Assembly: GCF_006345805.1 (NCBI RefSeq)
Contig: NC_043003.1
Span: 5,394,001 to 5,458,000 of the forward strand
DNA length: 64,000 bases
Direction of reading: 5' to 3'
DNA from: Octopus sinensis
Lineage: Eukaryota
Part shown: piece after piece, positions 13,625 through 25,793 of the stretch
How positions within the stretch are numbered: the stretch's first letter is position 1
How the letters are laid out: each line of letters opens with the position of its first letter
The notes under the pieces: generated by a model
Database searches by the model: none
What the model saw: only the letters and a program-made list of their open reading frames with translations
Told to the model about the DNA's origin: nothing
Translations under genes and position numbers: made by a program

Positions 13625-13949
13625 CATGCATACACTTACACAAGTACATGCATATGTAAGACATTTCTTTATCCCCTCGTAATTTCTCGTAAAACACTAC
13701 ACACACACAAGCACATACACACAAAAACACACACAGAGAAGCACATATATACACATATGCACGCACACAAACACACACAAACACACCGACACACGCGCAA
13801 TCACACATATAACGATAAATGTATTTCTTTACACACTTCAAATTCTTAGACATCTCTAAATTCATTTGTTTCCAATTCCTTCAGATTCTCGCAGAATCTT
13901 TAACCATTCTAATATATTGTCACGATATTTATCGATCCATATTATCTTA

Positions 13950-14380
13950 TGCTGGTGGTGTGGTGAATAAAGTTGGTTGCTTCAACTCCGAGTAATCGAC
14001 ACGCGATCACTTTTACTAAAGTTATCGACCCTCAAACGATAAAAAGTTAAATCGACACAGGCAGGGTTAGATCTCAAAATCTATATCTTACTTATGTAAC
14101 ACATTTTGTGCCATCGATAGCTGGAAGCTGTTTCATACTCACTGTTTCTGGTAATAATCCCTTCTACCAAAGGCAGAAGGCCTGATATTTTTTAGGGGGA
14201 AGGGGCTAATCGAATACATCGATCCCAGTGTTCGACTAATATGTATTTTATCGACACGTCAACCCCAGGGGATTAAAGGTAAATCGATTTCGCCGGATTT
14301 ACTCAGTACGTAAATACGGACGAAAGGCCGCTGAGCATTCTATCCGTTTTACTAATGTTTCTGCCCTGCTCACCGTCTTA
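13950..14380 (-). mobile_element. Two degenerate family A SINE fragments
   Basis: Decayed ATCGACCC..AAAG..AAAGTCGA and ACGGACGAAA..GCTAAGCA motifs. Confidence 0.55.
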
Positions 14381-14631
14381 ACTAAATCTACCACAAATAA
14401 CACCTTAAGTAAAGAAAAATACAAGTAGTACTACGAGATGGTCACCGTAGGAAGGCATTGGATCCCAATACTGCGAAGTCGAGTTTAAACGACTTCCAAA
14501 AACATGAAAATGGATTATTTTTAATATTGTTTTAAAACTATGATTGGTAGAATCCAGAAGAACGCTTAAATTTCGAATATTGTGGGCGGCTGAGCAGAGG
14601 TACTGAAGATGTTTGTGTAGACATATTTGTA

Positions 14632-14862
14632 TATTTCTTTACTACCCACAAGGGGCTAAACACAGAGGGGACAAACAAGGACAGACAAACGGATTAAGTC
14701 GATTACATTGACCCCAGTGCGTAACTGGTACTTAATTTATCGACCCTGAAAGAATGAAAGGCAAAGTTGACCTCGGCGGAATTTGAACCCAGAACGTAAC
14801 GGCAGACGAAATACGACTACGCATTTCGCCCGGCGTGCTAACGTTTCTGCCAGTTCGCCGCC
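14632..14862 (-). mobile_element. Full-length tRNA-derived SINE, family A (Deu/Nin-like domain), with 19-bp TSD
   Basis: A-box-like TGGCAGAAACGTTAG, B-box-like GGGTTCAAATTCC, CTTTGCCTTTCATTCTTTC..GGTCGATAAA..AAGTACCAG domain; exact TSD TTGTGTAGACATATTTGTA at 14613-14631 and 14863-14881. Confidence 0.93.
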
Positions 14863-14974
14863 TTGTGTAGACATATTTGTAGACAGAGTATTGTTTATGG
14901 GAAACGATTCTCACACATACAACCATGACAACGTGCCCTTACTCCTGTATATATAGATAGACAGAGAATTTGAG

Positions 14975-15012
<38 letters not shown>

Positions 15013-15071
15013 TTGGGTGGATAGATTTATTGAGAGAGAGAGATACAATAGAATATAAAGTAGACAGACGA

Positions 15072-15465
15072 AGGAGTGGCTGTGTGGTAAGTAGCTTGTT
15101 TACCAACCACATGGTTCTGAGTTGTGTCCCACTGGGTGGATCTTGGGTAAGTGTCTTCTACTATAGCCTCGGGCCGACCAAAGCCTTGTGAGTGGATTTG
15201 GTAGACGGAAACTGAAAGAAGCCTGTCGTATATATATATATATATATGCGTGTGTGTTTGTGTGTCTGTGTTTGTCCCCCTAGCATTGCTTGACAACCGA
15301 TGCTGGTGTGTTTATGTCCCCGTTACTTGGCGGTTCGGTAAAAGAGACCGATAGAATAAGTACTGGGCTTACAAAAGAATAAGTCCCGGGGTCGAGTTGC
15401 TCGACTGAAGGCGGTGCTCCAGCATGGCCGCAGTCAAATGACTGAAACAAGTAAGAGAGTAAAAG
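15072..15465 (+). mobile_element. tRNA-derived SINE, family B
   Basis: AGGAGTGGCTGTGTGGTAAG head, central (TA)/(TG) tract, tail CCAGCATGGCCGCAGTCAAATGACTGAAAC. Confidence 0.9.
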
Positions 15466-16157
15466 AGAGACAGACAAACAGATAGATAGACAGAGGGGTT
15501 TAAAGACGACAGAGGGCGCATACGAAAAACTCATTTAGCTATTGTAATTTGCTAAAAGACAACCCATTGACCTTCACATCTCACATTAATCTTTCTCGTA
15601 CACAGAATCGCTCTCTCTCTCTCTCCTTCTTGTTTCTCTCATTTTCTCTCTTTCTCCGTTTCTCTCTCTTTCCCCATTTTTCTCTTGTCCTCTCTCTCCC
15701 CTTCTTCCGCCTGTCTTTCTCTCTCTCTCTCTATTTAGAAATTGTGTTAATTGTGATGTGGCACAATTTCAGCATAAACCATTTTACAATTAGCACCAAA
15801 CTATGGTGAAGTGGCACCTTGCCAAACTAGCACCTTACTCGGTGTTGACTCAACTTCTTTGAGAAAACCTTCAGAAACGACCAACTTCATGTCTCCATCT
15901 CACTGGAAGATATATATTTACAGTGTTTCTTGCTTATTCCGAATCCTATTAATCTGTTTTACATCCCTTCCCCCTTTACCCGTCCCCCCTCCACCTCTTA
16001 TGTCATCCTCCTCTTAATATCACTTTCCACCTTTCTTTTTCTCCCCACCTCTCCCTCACACATACACACCCGAACACAGACCACGAACTCATTTTCTTGT
16101 GCTATTTTCTCTTTTATATATATATAATGTGTGTGTTGGTGTGTGTGTGTGCGTGAA

Positions 16158-16467
16158 GACGCATGGCTCAGAGGCTAGAGCGTCGAGCTTACGAACGGGA
16201 GGTTGTGAGTTCGAATCTCAGACCGGGCTGCGGGTTGTGTTCTTGAGCAAGACACTTTATTTCACGTTGCTTCAGTTTACTCTGCTGTAGAAATAAGTTG
16301 CGACGTTATTTGGTGCCAAGCTTGGATAACATCGGTGGCGTAGAGAGTGGGGATTAGTATGAATGGGTGACTACTGGTCTTCCATAAATAACCTTGCCCG
16401 GATTTGTGCCTCGGAGGGTAACTTTCTGGGTGTAATCCCATGGTCATTCGTGACTGAAGGGGGTCTC
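16158..16467 (+). mobile_element. tRNA-derived SINE, family C
   Basis: A box GGCTCAGAGGCTAGAGC, B box GAGTTCGAATC, then GTGTTCTTGAGCAAGACACTTTATTTCACGTTGCT; homologous to 35495-35822; followed by (TA)n. Confidence 0.85.
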
Positions 16468-16468
16468 C

Positions 16469-16534
<66 letters not shown>

Positions 16535-16537
<3 letters not shown>

Positions 16538-16980
16538 GTAAAAGCAGCCCTAGAATAAATATACTGCCTAATACATATGCTAATTAAAGCCATGGACAGG
16601 CGAGATAACTCACCCCCAATCCCATTTGGGAGTGATGGACATCCACGTTTCGCCGGTTTTGTGGCTTACCAACACCACCTACTCACCTAGGTTGAAGGCA
16701 AGTCAGCTAGCCAGGTCAATGCCTTATATATATGCTCATAGTTTGTAAAATCATGAGCTGGTATGCCCAGAAGTTGCATACCTAAGGGAATATATACATA
16801 TGAAGTAAAAGCAGCTCAGTCTTGTAAATATCGTTAAATACATTTATAAATGTATAAGCTTCGGGTATTTTCCCGTCGCCGAGAATACAACTCTCACGAC
16901 GCCGGTGTTAATACAACATAGAGCCGTGGACGAGATAACTCACCCTCAATCTCATTTGCGAGTGATGGCCATCGACGTCC
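16535..16980 (-). mobile_element. Two tandem fragments of an unnamed repeat ending at (TA)n-like sequence
   Basis: GAAGTAAAAGCAGC...ATAACTCACCC..AAT..CATTTG.GAGTGATGG occurs twice; homologous to about 6055-6185. Confidence 0.65.
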
Positions 16981-16990
16981 ATATATATAT

Positions 16991-17048
<58 letters not shown>

Positions 17049-17352
17049 TGGTAAAACGGTAAGATAAAAAAGAAAGAAAGAGACCTCAATATTATGTAAT
17101 CAAGAGGAAATTTATCTATAAAATAACATGTTACGTTACTCGATAGTCAAGATAAAACTCTGAGTTTCAGATGCCGAAGTGGGAATCCACAACACCATCT
17201 CTTCGGCTTTGTGGATTCCCACTTCGGCAACTGAAACTCAGAGTTTTATCTTGACTATCGAGTAACGTAACATGTATTTTTATAGATAAATTTCCTCTAT
17301 TTACATAATATTGAGGTCCTTTCTTTCTTTTGTTATCTTACCGTTTTTACCA
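17049..17352. mobile_element. Fold-back Penelope-like terminal fragment with hammerhead-like motif, flanked by (TA)n on both sides
   Basis: Arms of about 144 bp with a 16-nt loop; the minus strand of 17154-17209 reads CCGAAGA-GATG..CATC-T-GAAAC-TCAGA-GTT; a third partial copy lies at about 17438-17490. Confidence 0.75.
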
Positions 17353-17393
17353 TATATATATATATTATATATAATTATATATATATATATATA

Positions 17394-17441
<48 letters not shown>

Positions 17442-17529
17442 GGTAAAGTAACAAGAAAGAAACAGACCTCGATATTATGTATATAGAGGAATATATATAT
17501 ATATACATATATATATGGTACTACTTAAC

Positions 17530-18260
17530 TGGTCGCAAGGCGATCTCCGACATGCACTTTCTAGCTTTGCTGCCGGGGTTGTCGAGTGGTGCCGAGTGCT
17601 GTAAAGACTGAGACATTAGTCTCCTCAAAAAAGCCAATGCAATGCACTCTGTCTTTGGGTGGAGTTCCACTGAATCTGAGTTTCGATTACCCGAGGCTGC
17701 TTTCACGACTGGTGGAAGGCAGGAGGCTGAAATTCGTACCACAATTGCAGTAGCTGCTGGTGAAGTAACAAACCAGCCTCAGAATTCAGTCATGAAAAGG
17801 CAGGTAAGTGTAAAAGCCAAACACACTGTTACCAATTCGGTGTTTGTGCCTACCCTTCCATGTTGTCAATCTTGGGTAATGACCAAAAAGTACAATCGTG
17901 AATACAAGCGGCCAGGATAGCGATCGACCGACGGGTCTTTGGTGTAACGTTACTCGATAGAGTGAGATCAGAGAGGTACCTTAGGTTGAGCCACAGCTTC
18001 TACGAATTGAGAAATCACAAATCCGATACTATGGACATGTGGTAAGAATGTCTCAGGAATGAATGGCTGGACAAGTTTTACAGCCAGAACCAACATGGAG
18101 GAGATCCAGAGACAGACCGCCGACAATATGGTTGGATAACATCCAGGAACTTGCTTGGGGAGCCAGCTGGATCAACTGGAGACGCTTTCTTCTGACATGA
18201 TCCGATGGAAGGCATACTTGTGGAGACTTCCTCCACGACTCTCTCAGGATATTAAGTGGG
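17530..18260 (+). mobile_element. RTE-clade (Rex3/RTE-1-like) LINE, late RT to C-terminus, degenerate
   Basis: GRQEAEI.T.IAVAA, SVFVPTL...SWVMT, GVTLLDRVRSE, LLRIEKSQIRYYGHVVRM, WLDNIQELAW, RLPPR segments with frameshifts. Confidence 0.85.
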
Positions 18261-18399
18261 CGAAAATGAGATGAAATTAGATTGCATAAATTAAGAATAG
18301 ATCAATGGAAAGGCATCAGAAATATATATATATATATATATACACACACAATACACAACAGCGCCCCCCCTCCACACACACACACTTAAACACACACGC

Positions 18400-18720
18400 A
18401 CACCCAACTGATCTTGAGTTGTCCTTCCTTAATTGAACTGCTATATTCGGCAGTTCAGGCAGCTGCAAAGATGCTCCCAGGTTGCCACGTTGTACTCTCC
18501 TACACTATAGCCGTTGATGGTGCTATGGTTACCATTCTTGCTGTTTGTGTTCTTGGCATTTAGTCCCAGGCCCAGCCAAATTCATAGCCATCATCCCTGG
18601 TGTTCTTGCTGTGAAGATGCCATCTTTAGTTCTCATCAGCTACTGATAATTTCTGTCTTAATGGTTGCCAATCTCTACCCAAAGGATTCAAGGCTTATTT
18701 AAAGAAGAGGCAAAATTTGA
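18400..18720 (-). mobile_element. Possible RTE 5' region / AP-endonuclease start remnant
   Basis: Minus strand gives NVATW(..)SLQLP(..)LPNIAVQLRK across small indels, resembling the VATWNVRSL..GKL.N...EL.K start of RTE APE domains. Confidence 0.4.
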
Positions 18721-19032
18721 TAATTCCATTTGAAAACGGTAAACAGAAATATTTAGTTTGATAGAAATTAGGAATAATTAATATTTGCATAAAAGCATTT
18801 CAATTTAACTTTTGTTAGCAATTGTTTGCACATCGAAGCCTATAACAGAGCCTGTATGTACGTTTGTGTGTGTGTGTGTGTGTGTATCTAAGTATCTAAC
18901 TATCTATCTATCTGTCTGTTTGTCAATAAATATATAAATATATGTAAATATAAGCGTCTGTGTGTGTGTATATATGTGTGTGTGTGCATATATATATATA
19001 TATATTCACATATGCATATTTAAATATTTGTA

Positions 19033-19069
<37 letters not shown>

Positions 19070-19229
19070 TATATATATATATAGTATGTACGTATATATT
19101 TTAGCGCGTACATATATATACATACAGGCAGAAAAACGGAGACAGAGGCATATCTGTGATTGTGTTTTTGTGCATCATATACAAATAAATATATACATAT
19201 TTGCTTTTGGGACAAAATCCTATGTACAG

Positions 19230-19600
19230 ATGCTCCCCAACACCACAGAACATTGATCCAATGAAAGTGTTGAGAAAGAATTTGTTGGCAAGCTTGCGAA
19301 CTAACAAGTCCCTCACTAAATTGCGAAAAGGCAAAGATGAAGTCTTTTGGTCAAATAACATGACACTATTACATCCCATCTTTAGTGACTGGTCATACAT
19401 GAACGAAGATTGGATAAGAGAGGGATAAGAAGACCAAGAAGGAGTGACTGAGCAACAGGAATGGACAAACAGGCAGGAAGATGCTGGAACACTTGAGATT
19501 GGCTGATAACCAAAGTAAATAAAGAGAGAATGTTGCATTCCCCGCTAACAAATATGGACCCACTTCGATATCATTGTTGATGTATCTATACAAGAATGAT
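19230..19600 (+). mobile_element. Possible R4/Dong-like pre-RT remnant
   Basis: EVFWSN...NEDWIRE..EDQEGVTEQQEW resembles the FWSxIW..HN..A.WI.E...E..G..EQE region upstream of R4-clade RT. Confidence 0.35.
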
Positions 19601-19835
19601 TGTATGAACAAATATATCTTTATAAACATACGTGTATACATACACACATATACAAATACACATACACACAGATACAGACACATACGAACAGACATACGCA
19701 CGCACATACATACACACACACACACACACAGAGATAAATAAAAAAGAACAAGGGAAAACAGCGAAACAATTGCACGCATACCGTGAATATATGAGAGGAA
19801 CGCTGAGTGAAAGTGTTAGAGATGGAAATATGGGA

Positions 19836-19868
19836 ATTCCGTTTCGAGCATGGTTCTTCGTCGGAAAG
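19836..19868 (-). ncRNA. Degenerate type I hammerhead-like motif
   Basis: Minus strand CTTT-CCGACGA-A-GAAC-CAT-GCTC-GAAAC-GG (U4C change, cleavage site damaged). Confidence 0.55.
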
Positions 19869-19975
19869 AAGAAAATGTCCAGAGAGGAGGAAAACAAGGA
19901 GAAATACTCGCCATGCTGGACCCCTAAAATCTACAAGTTTCTCTTCATTCTTTCCCTGTTTGTTTCCTCGTGTTG

Positions 19976-20011
19976 CTTTCTGTTGAAGAGCGTAGGCTCG
20001 AAACGTAAAAG
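19976..20011 (+). ncRNA. Type I minimal hammerhead with one core substitution
   Basis: Stem I CTTT/AAAG, core CTGTTGA (A6U), extra A, stem II GAGC-GTAG-GCTC, GAA, palindromic ACGT, GUA triplet; a tail of about 90 nt runs into TA/TG repeats. Confidence 0.65.
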
Positions 20012-20118
20012 ACTTTCTCACCTTCCCGAGCGTCAAACTAATATACCTGCTTGTTGTTCATACACCTGTCTTCGTCTTTTGTTTTTATATAAATTTCAAA
20101 TATATGTGTGTGTGTTTG

Positions 20119-20167
<49 letters not shown>

Positions 20168-20168
20168 C

Positions 20169-20218
<50 letters not shown>

Positions 20219-20221
20219 ATG

Positions 20222-20260
<39 letters not shown>

Positions 20261-20459
20261 ATATAAACCATAAAGAAAATATATATATAGATAGAGAGCG
20301 AGATAGATAGACGGATAGATAGATAGACAGATTTAAATGTGTATCGGGGACAGACAACAAGAGTACGAGATGAGTAGATACACGGTTTATTGAAAGAAGT
20401 CTGTCCGCGTGGGTATGTATGTATTTATTATTGTGGTAATCAGCAAAGATGAGTTTCTT

Positions 20460-20612
<153 letters not shown>

Positions 20613-21798
20613 TATACAGGAGAGAACTGAAGAGGTGTGTAGGTGAGCGTGGAAAAACACATAATCGAAACACGACAAGATGAAACATGGAACGGAAAGG
20701 AAATGGAGCAAGTCTAGAAGCAAAATTTATTAGGAGTTACTGATACGAAACAGAAACTCTGCCATAATTGCTGACTACCACTGTGGTATATGCATACATG
20801 CGTACGTACACACACACACTCTTTCCCTCTCTTTAGCACACACACATATTAGTGAATCTCTTATAACATGCATATATAGAAAAAAAAAACATTTCTCTAC
20901 TGTACATTTCTGTTTGTTGTGTGTATATATCAATGTGATAGAATTTGTACGTGCTTGAATATGTTGCTGTGTGGTTTTGTGCAAATCTCTCTGTATGTCT
21001 CTGTCTATGTAGTTGTCTGTTTGGATGTATAAGTGAAAGCTTTTCTATGTGTGTGTGTATGTGTGTGTTAGAGCGGATGTCTAATTGCCACTTCCTGTAC
21101 GTTTGTGTTTTCGTGTATGTCTGTATATATGAAAGTGTCTGCAGATGTATATATATGTTTCTGTCTGTGCGTGCTTGTGTATGTCTAAATATAGAAGGAT
21201 ACAGGACTATACATATATTAATTATATGCTCATATAGCATTTATCTTCGAGTTTAATTAATTTTTTTCTTAATTTTATTTGAAGAAGCAATTAGTGTTCC
21301 GGAGTTAATTTACTTCTAATTTTTCAAATTAAAATGAAAATATACCAAAAATATGACATCTAGTAATACTGTCTCTAAGAAACAAACATAATCAGACATC
21401 GGAATTATCTTTAAATATTTATTAAAGTTTATGTTAAACAAACAAACTCCTATTGTACTGTTGCTTTTTAAATACGTCTTGCATTTGGAGTTGTCATTAA
21501 TAATCTGCAGTGAATATATTACACAAAACACACTTATTCTACTAATACACTAAGAGGTCAGGCCGTATGCTGTACATGATCGTTTTGACTCAAGATGGGT
21601 TCACATTTCGATTCTGCCGCCTGTCACCTGGAGTAGGTTTCTTTTACTATATACGCAACTCGTGCAAAATATTTTTACGTGGATTTAGAAGATCGTTTGC
21701 GATTGGTTCACTCTTCATCGCGACTGATCAGTCCCTTAATTGAAAGTACGAGATCCAACTAGCCTCAGGTAATGCTGTTGTTTACTTTCGACCTAATA

Positions 21799-21838
21799 GT
21801 CACTGAGGAGACGAATCTAAGTCGAAATATCATCTGGC
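21799..21838 (+). ncRNA. Type I minimal hammerhead ribozyme, core intact
   Basis: Stem I GTCA/TGGC, CTGAGGA 21803-21809, stem II GAC-GAATCTAA-GTC, GAA, stem III AT-ATC-AT, C17 at 21834 (AUC triplet). Confidence 0.7.
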
Positions 21839-22574
21839 GATCCACCTCTGTTCTGACCGAAGACCGTGTTTTCAACTCACAAGACACATTGAGAAGTTTC
21901 TCAGGAACAAACTATTAGAGCTAGAACTCATATTTTCATATAAGACTGTTTCATTTGCGTATAATTAATCTAATTCTAGCTTCGCCAGTCTTCACGCAAA
22001 TCAGCCGACCATTTTTTCTTTTTTGTTTTGTTTACTGATTTCTAAGTTGGAACATGCATTTATGAGTTTTAGCTCAGAAGATCCACGGTATTCGTCCCTG
22101 AGGGGATGAAATCAAGTCTAATCACAGTGCCTGGTGGTCCACCGGCAATTTGAATAAAGCCGTGGGTCTTGAAGTCATTTTTTCCGACACTAAATATTTC
22201 TAAAACTAAATATTACAACCAGTGTCGTTTGTATGCATACATGTGTGTGTGTGTGTGTGTACAAACTGCTATTTTCTTAATCCAGAGATGAAACGTCGTA
22301 TTGTTTGGCAATCACAGGTCCGTCAGTACTTATCATGGTAATATGGTTGATGTTTTAACGGGAACGTGCTCATGAATGCGTTGATGAGAAGAGAGATTCG
22401 TAGAGTTTCAGTTGTGTTGAGTATAGGGAATGGTTTAGATGCTGGATTTAGAACGAGATTTCGAAAGCTTCGATATGGAATTTGGAAGTGAAGAAATATG
22501 AGAAATGACGAGTGGACGAGAGTAAAGTTGTTTTCCACGATATAAATGACAAACACATAGTGTAGGACAACCGG

Positions 22575-22736
22575 AGTGATGAGTGGAAGGTAAAACCTTG
22601 ATTGATTGACATGGCTGATAAAATAAGAAGACATCAGTCAAGCATAAGATAGAGTGTCTTGCAAGGTCTTAAACTTAATCATTAGTCACATTCTCACCAA
22701 AAACAGTGTGCAATTAATAATCATAACTCACACATA
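22575..22736. mobile_element. About 160-bp interspersed repeat, inverted copy of 23426-23585
   Basis: AGTGATGAGTGGAAGGTAAAACCTTGATTGA...TGCAATTAATAATCATAACTCAC is the reverse complement of the 23426-23585 segment. Confidence 0.8.
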
Positions 22737-23238
22737 AAAGTATGCACTAGATAGATTCTACATATATCTAACTGTACATTCCGCGCTCTCTCTCTCTCTG
22801 TCTATCTTTTTCTGGTTGAAACACACACCGACATGCAATTACAAGCAACATCACTAATGCATAGCTACACATGCACACAGAAAAAACAAATATAGAATCT
22901 CGCACACAAATTGAGAATATGTGTGTGTGTTTGTGTGTGTGTGTATGTGTGTGCGGATCGCTATTGTGTGGATGAAGACGTAACAAAACTGAAAAAAGCG
23001 CAGATTCAGAGAAAAGCTGAGCACAAAAACTCACACATACATGCGTATCAATGCATCCCCACGACACTCGCAAACGCGGTATAAAAGACAAACACCAAAC
23101 ACGCTCGCGCATACACACACACACACTCTTAGATTCACACACACACATTGACATAAGTGACAGGTGTTCCGTCAGTCATGCGGACGAGGTTTGCAGTTGA
23201 TCTGGTCAATGGGATGGCCTGCTCGTGAAATTAACGTA

Positions 23239-23885
23239 CAACTTTACTCACTGGAGCAAAGGTGCGACAGATTTGTAATAATCTACATGTGGAAAATTCT
23301 AGAAGGGCTAGTCCCTAACTTTCACGTTGACTGTTAATAAAATGCCAGAACTGGCCGCCATTGTACTGTGCTAAAGGTACCAGCCACACCACGTAAATTC
23401 AGTACCAGGTACACCAAGAATCTAGGTATGTGAGTTATGATTATTAATTGCACTTTGGTGAGAATGTGACTAATGATTAAATTTAAGACCTTGCGAGACA
23501 CTATCTTATGTTTGACTGATATGTTATTTTCAGTCATGTCATTCTTGTTAATCATCAATCAAGGTTTTACCTTCCACTCATCACTAGTCTAGGGTTCAAA
23601 ACCCACAGCTCTTCAATGCCCTGTCACAAATGTTAAGAAATCTGCTTAAAGTGGGAAAAGATGTCTTCAAAAAGGAATTAGACATCCTCCTCTCCACAAT
23701 ACCGGATGAACCAACAGCCTGACATGAGGTGCAGACGAGGGCAGCAGATTCAAACACTCTTATACACCAAATGTGCCAACATCTGGGTCAAAGGCACATA
23801 CAGGAGTGAGGACGTGAAACACACCAGACTGAGGAAATCAGAAAGACCCCAGTGGTACTCCAGCATAACCGCAGCCGCATGGCTG
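23239..23885 (+). mobile_element. CR1-like LINE 3' end interrupted by a 160-bp insertion
   Basis: QLYSLEQRCDRFVIIYMWKILEGLVPNF..NARTGRHC, then after the insertion LFNALSQMLRNL..KDVFKKELDILLSTIPDEP. Confidence 0.85.
23426..23585. mobile_element. 160-bp insertion with 7-bp TSD-like repeat
   Basis: Splits the CR1 reading frame; flanked by AATCTAG (23419-23425) and AGTCTAG (23586-23592). Confidence 0.7.
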
Positions 23886-23904
23886 AAATGAGTAAAAGAG
23901 CAAT

Positions 23905-24130
23905 TAACAGAGTACTCCATAGACACGTGTTCTTATTATAGTTCTCGGGGATTTTCAGCATGACACAGAATGTGACAAGGCTGACCCCTACGAATTACTG
24001 GTACCTCTCATTTTTGGTAGCTGAGTGGACTGCAGCAACGTGAAAAAAGGTGTCTCACTGGAGGACACAATACGCTACCAGGTACCGAACTCAGGAACTT
24101 GTGATTGTGAGCCGGATACGCGAACCACAG
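23905..24130 (-). mobile_element. Degenerate SINE fragment (family C-like)
   Basis: AGCTGAGTGGACTGCAGCAACGTGAAAAAAGGTGTCT is the reverse complement of the family C domain. Confidence 0.55.
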
Positions 24131-25299
24131 ACCCACGTGTCTTCACTACACAATCCCATGCACAACACCAAAGTGCAAGAAACAGAAGCGCAAACATCAA
24201 TTTATACAATCGCACAAAAGGAAAGAACACCAGAAGTACAAAAGAACACAAAAGCAAAGCATCCACACACACACACGGGATACGAAAAAATATCAAAGGA
24301 AATCTTCCGAAATTATCTCATTTTGGAGCTAAATCAAAGAGAACGTGAGGGTTGGGGCAGAAGGAGAGGGATTTGTGCAGAAAGTCTGATGGACTTAGCA
24401 TCAGAATCCACTTAGATGTGACTAGTTAAAGATTATGTTAAAGACGGGAAGCTTCAAGGCGAAAACTATTCTAGCAATTTGAAGGCAAAGAGGGGAATTT
24501 ATTATCCAGAGAACTGTCATATGTTTAGCTACGATTTGTACACGATTTATGCAGCCTTCCATACACACACACACACACACACACACATTCACACGTATGT
24601 ATGTATGGATATATATATATATATATATATATATATGGTTATATGTATGTATGTACGGATATACATATATATGTATATACGGATAGATATATATGTATAT
24701 ATGGATGTATTTATGTATATATGAATGTATGTATGTATATATGAATGTATGTATGTATATATGAATGTATGTATGTATATATATATATATGTATGTATAT
24801 CAAGAGAACCAGAGAGAGTGAGAGGAGGGCCTGTAGTTATTCGAATGTTTGAATGTGAGCATATAGTGCATATTCTCACATTGTTTGTGATGTTAATGCT
24901 TTTATTGTTGTATATATATATATATATATATGTGTGTATACATAATTATATCAGTATTTGTGTTTACCTCTATTTATGTGAATAAAAATATGATGTACTA
25001 TTTGTAAACACATATTGACAATGCGTGTTTCAGCACTTACACGCATATATGTAGCATATACAATATAATTTCAATGACGCACCAGATATATATTAAATAT
25101 ATATATATGCATACTTATATGAGAAAATATGTTTGTAAGGGCGTGTACGTATGTATATGTGTATGTGTGAATCGTCGTTCGCTTCTAATTGTGTGCGAAA
25201 GAGTAAAGACGGAAATACGACGAAGAAATTAACTGTAAACATTTATTGCTTACACTTAGAAAATTATTCAAAAGAGCAATTGAAAATAGCGAACGCACT

Positions 25300-25740
25300 C
25301 ACAACACGACGCATATATACATCTACATACATATCCACACATGTACTGCACGTCTACATATATGTACATAGGCTTATATACAGACGAAGATTTATACACA
25401 TGTGCACATACATATACAAATGCACACGATCATATGTGGTATACTACATAGATCAACATGCGCACATATAGATATATATATACACATGCATATATATAAT
25501 TAAAATTTCGCATGTATATGAACTTATTCTTATATAGGTATATATACAAACATACACACATATACATACATACCTACCAACTAACATACATATATATTTA
25601 TGCATACATATATATATACATACATGTAACTATTCGTGCGTATACGTAAACAAGTACATATTATACAACATTCATATACACAATTTTACACATAGGCACA
25701 CATGCAGAGACACAAACACACGCATATATCTATCTATCTA

Positions 25741-25793
<53 letters not shown>

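Noticed and set aside
16158-16230. tRNA-like sequences with A and B boxes (also 35495, 52862, 63950)
   Set aside because: No complete cloverleaf or acceptor stem; they continue into SINE bodies.
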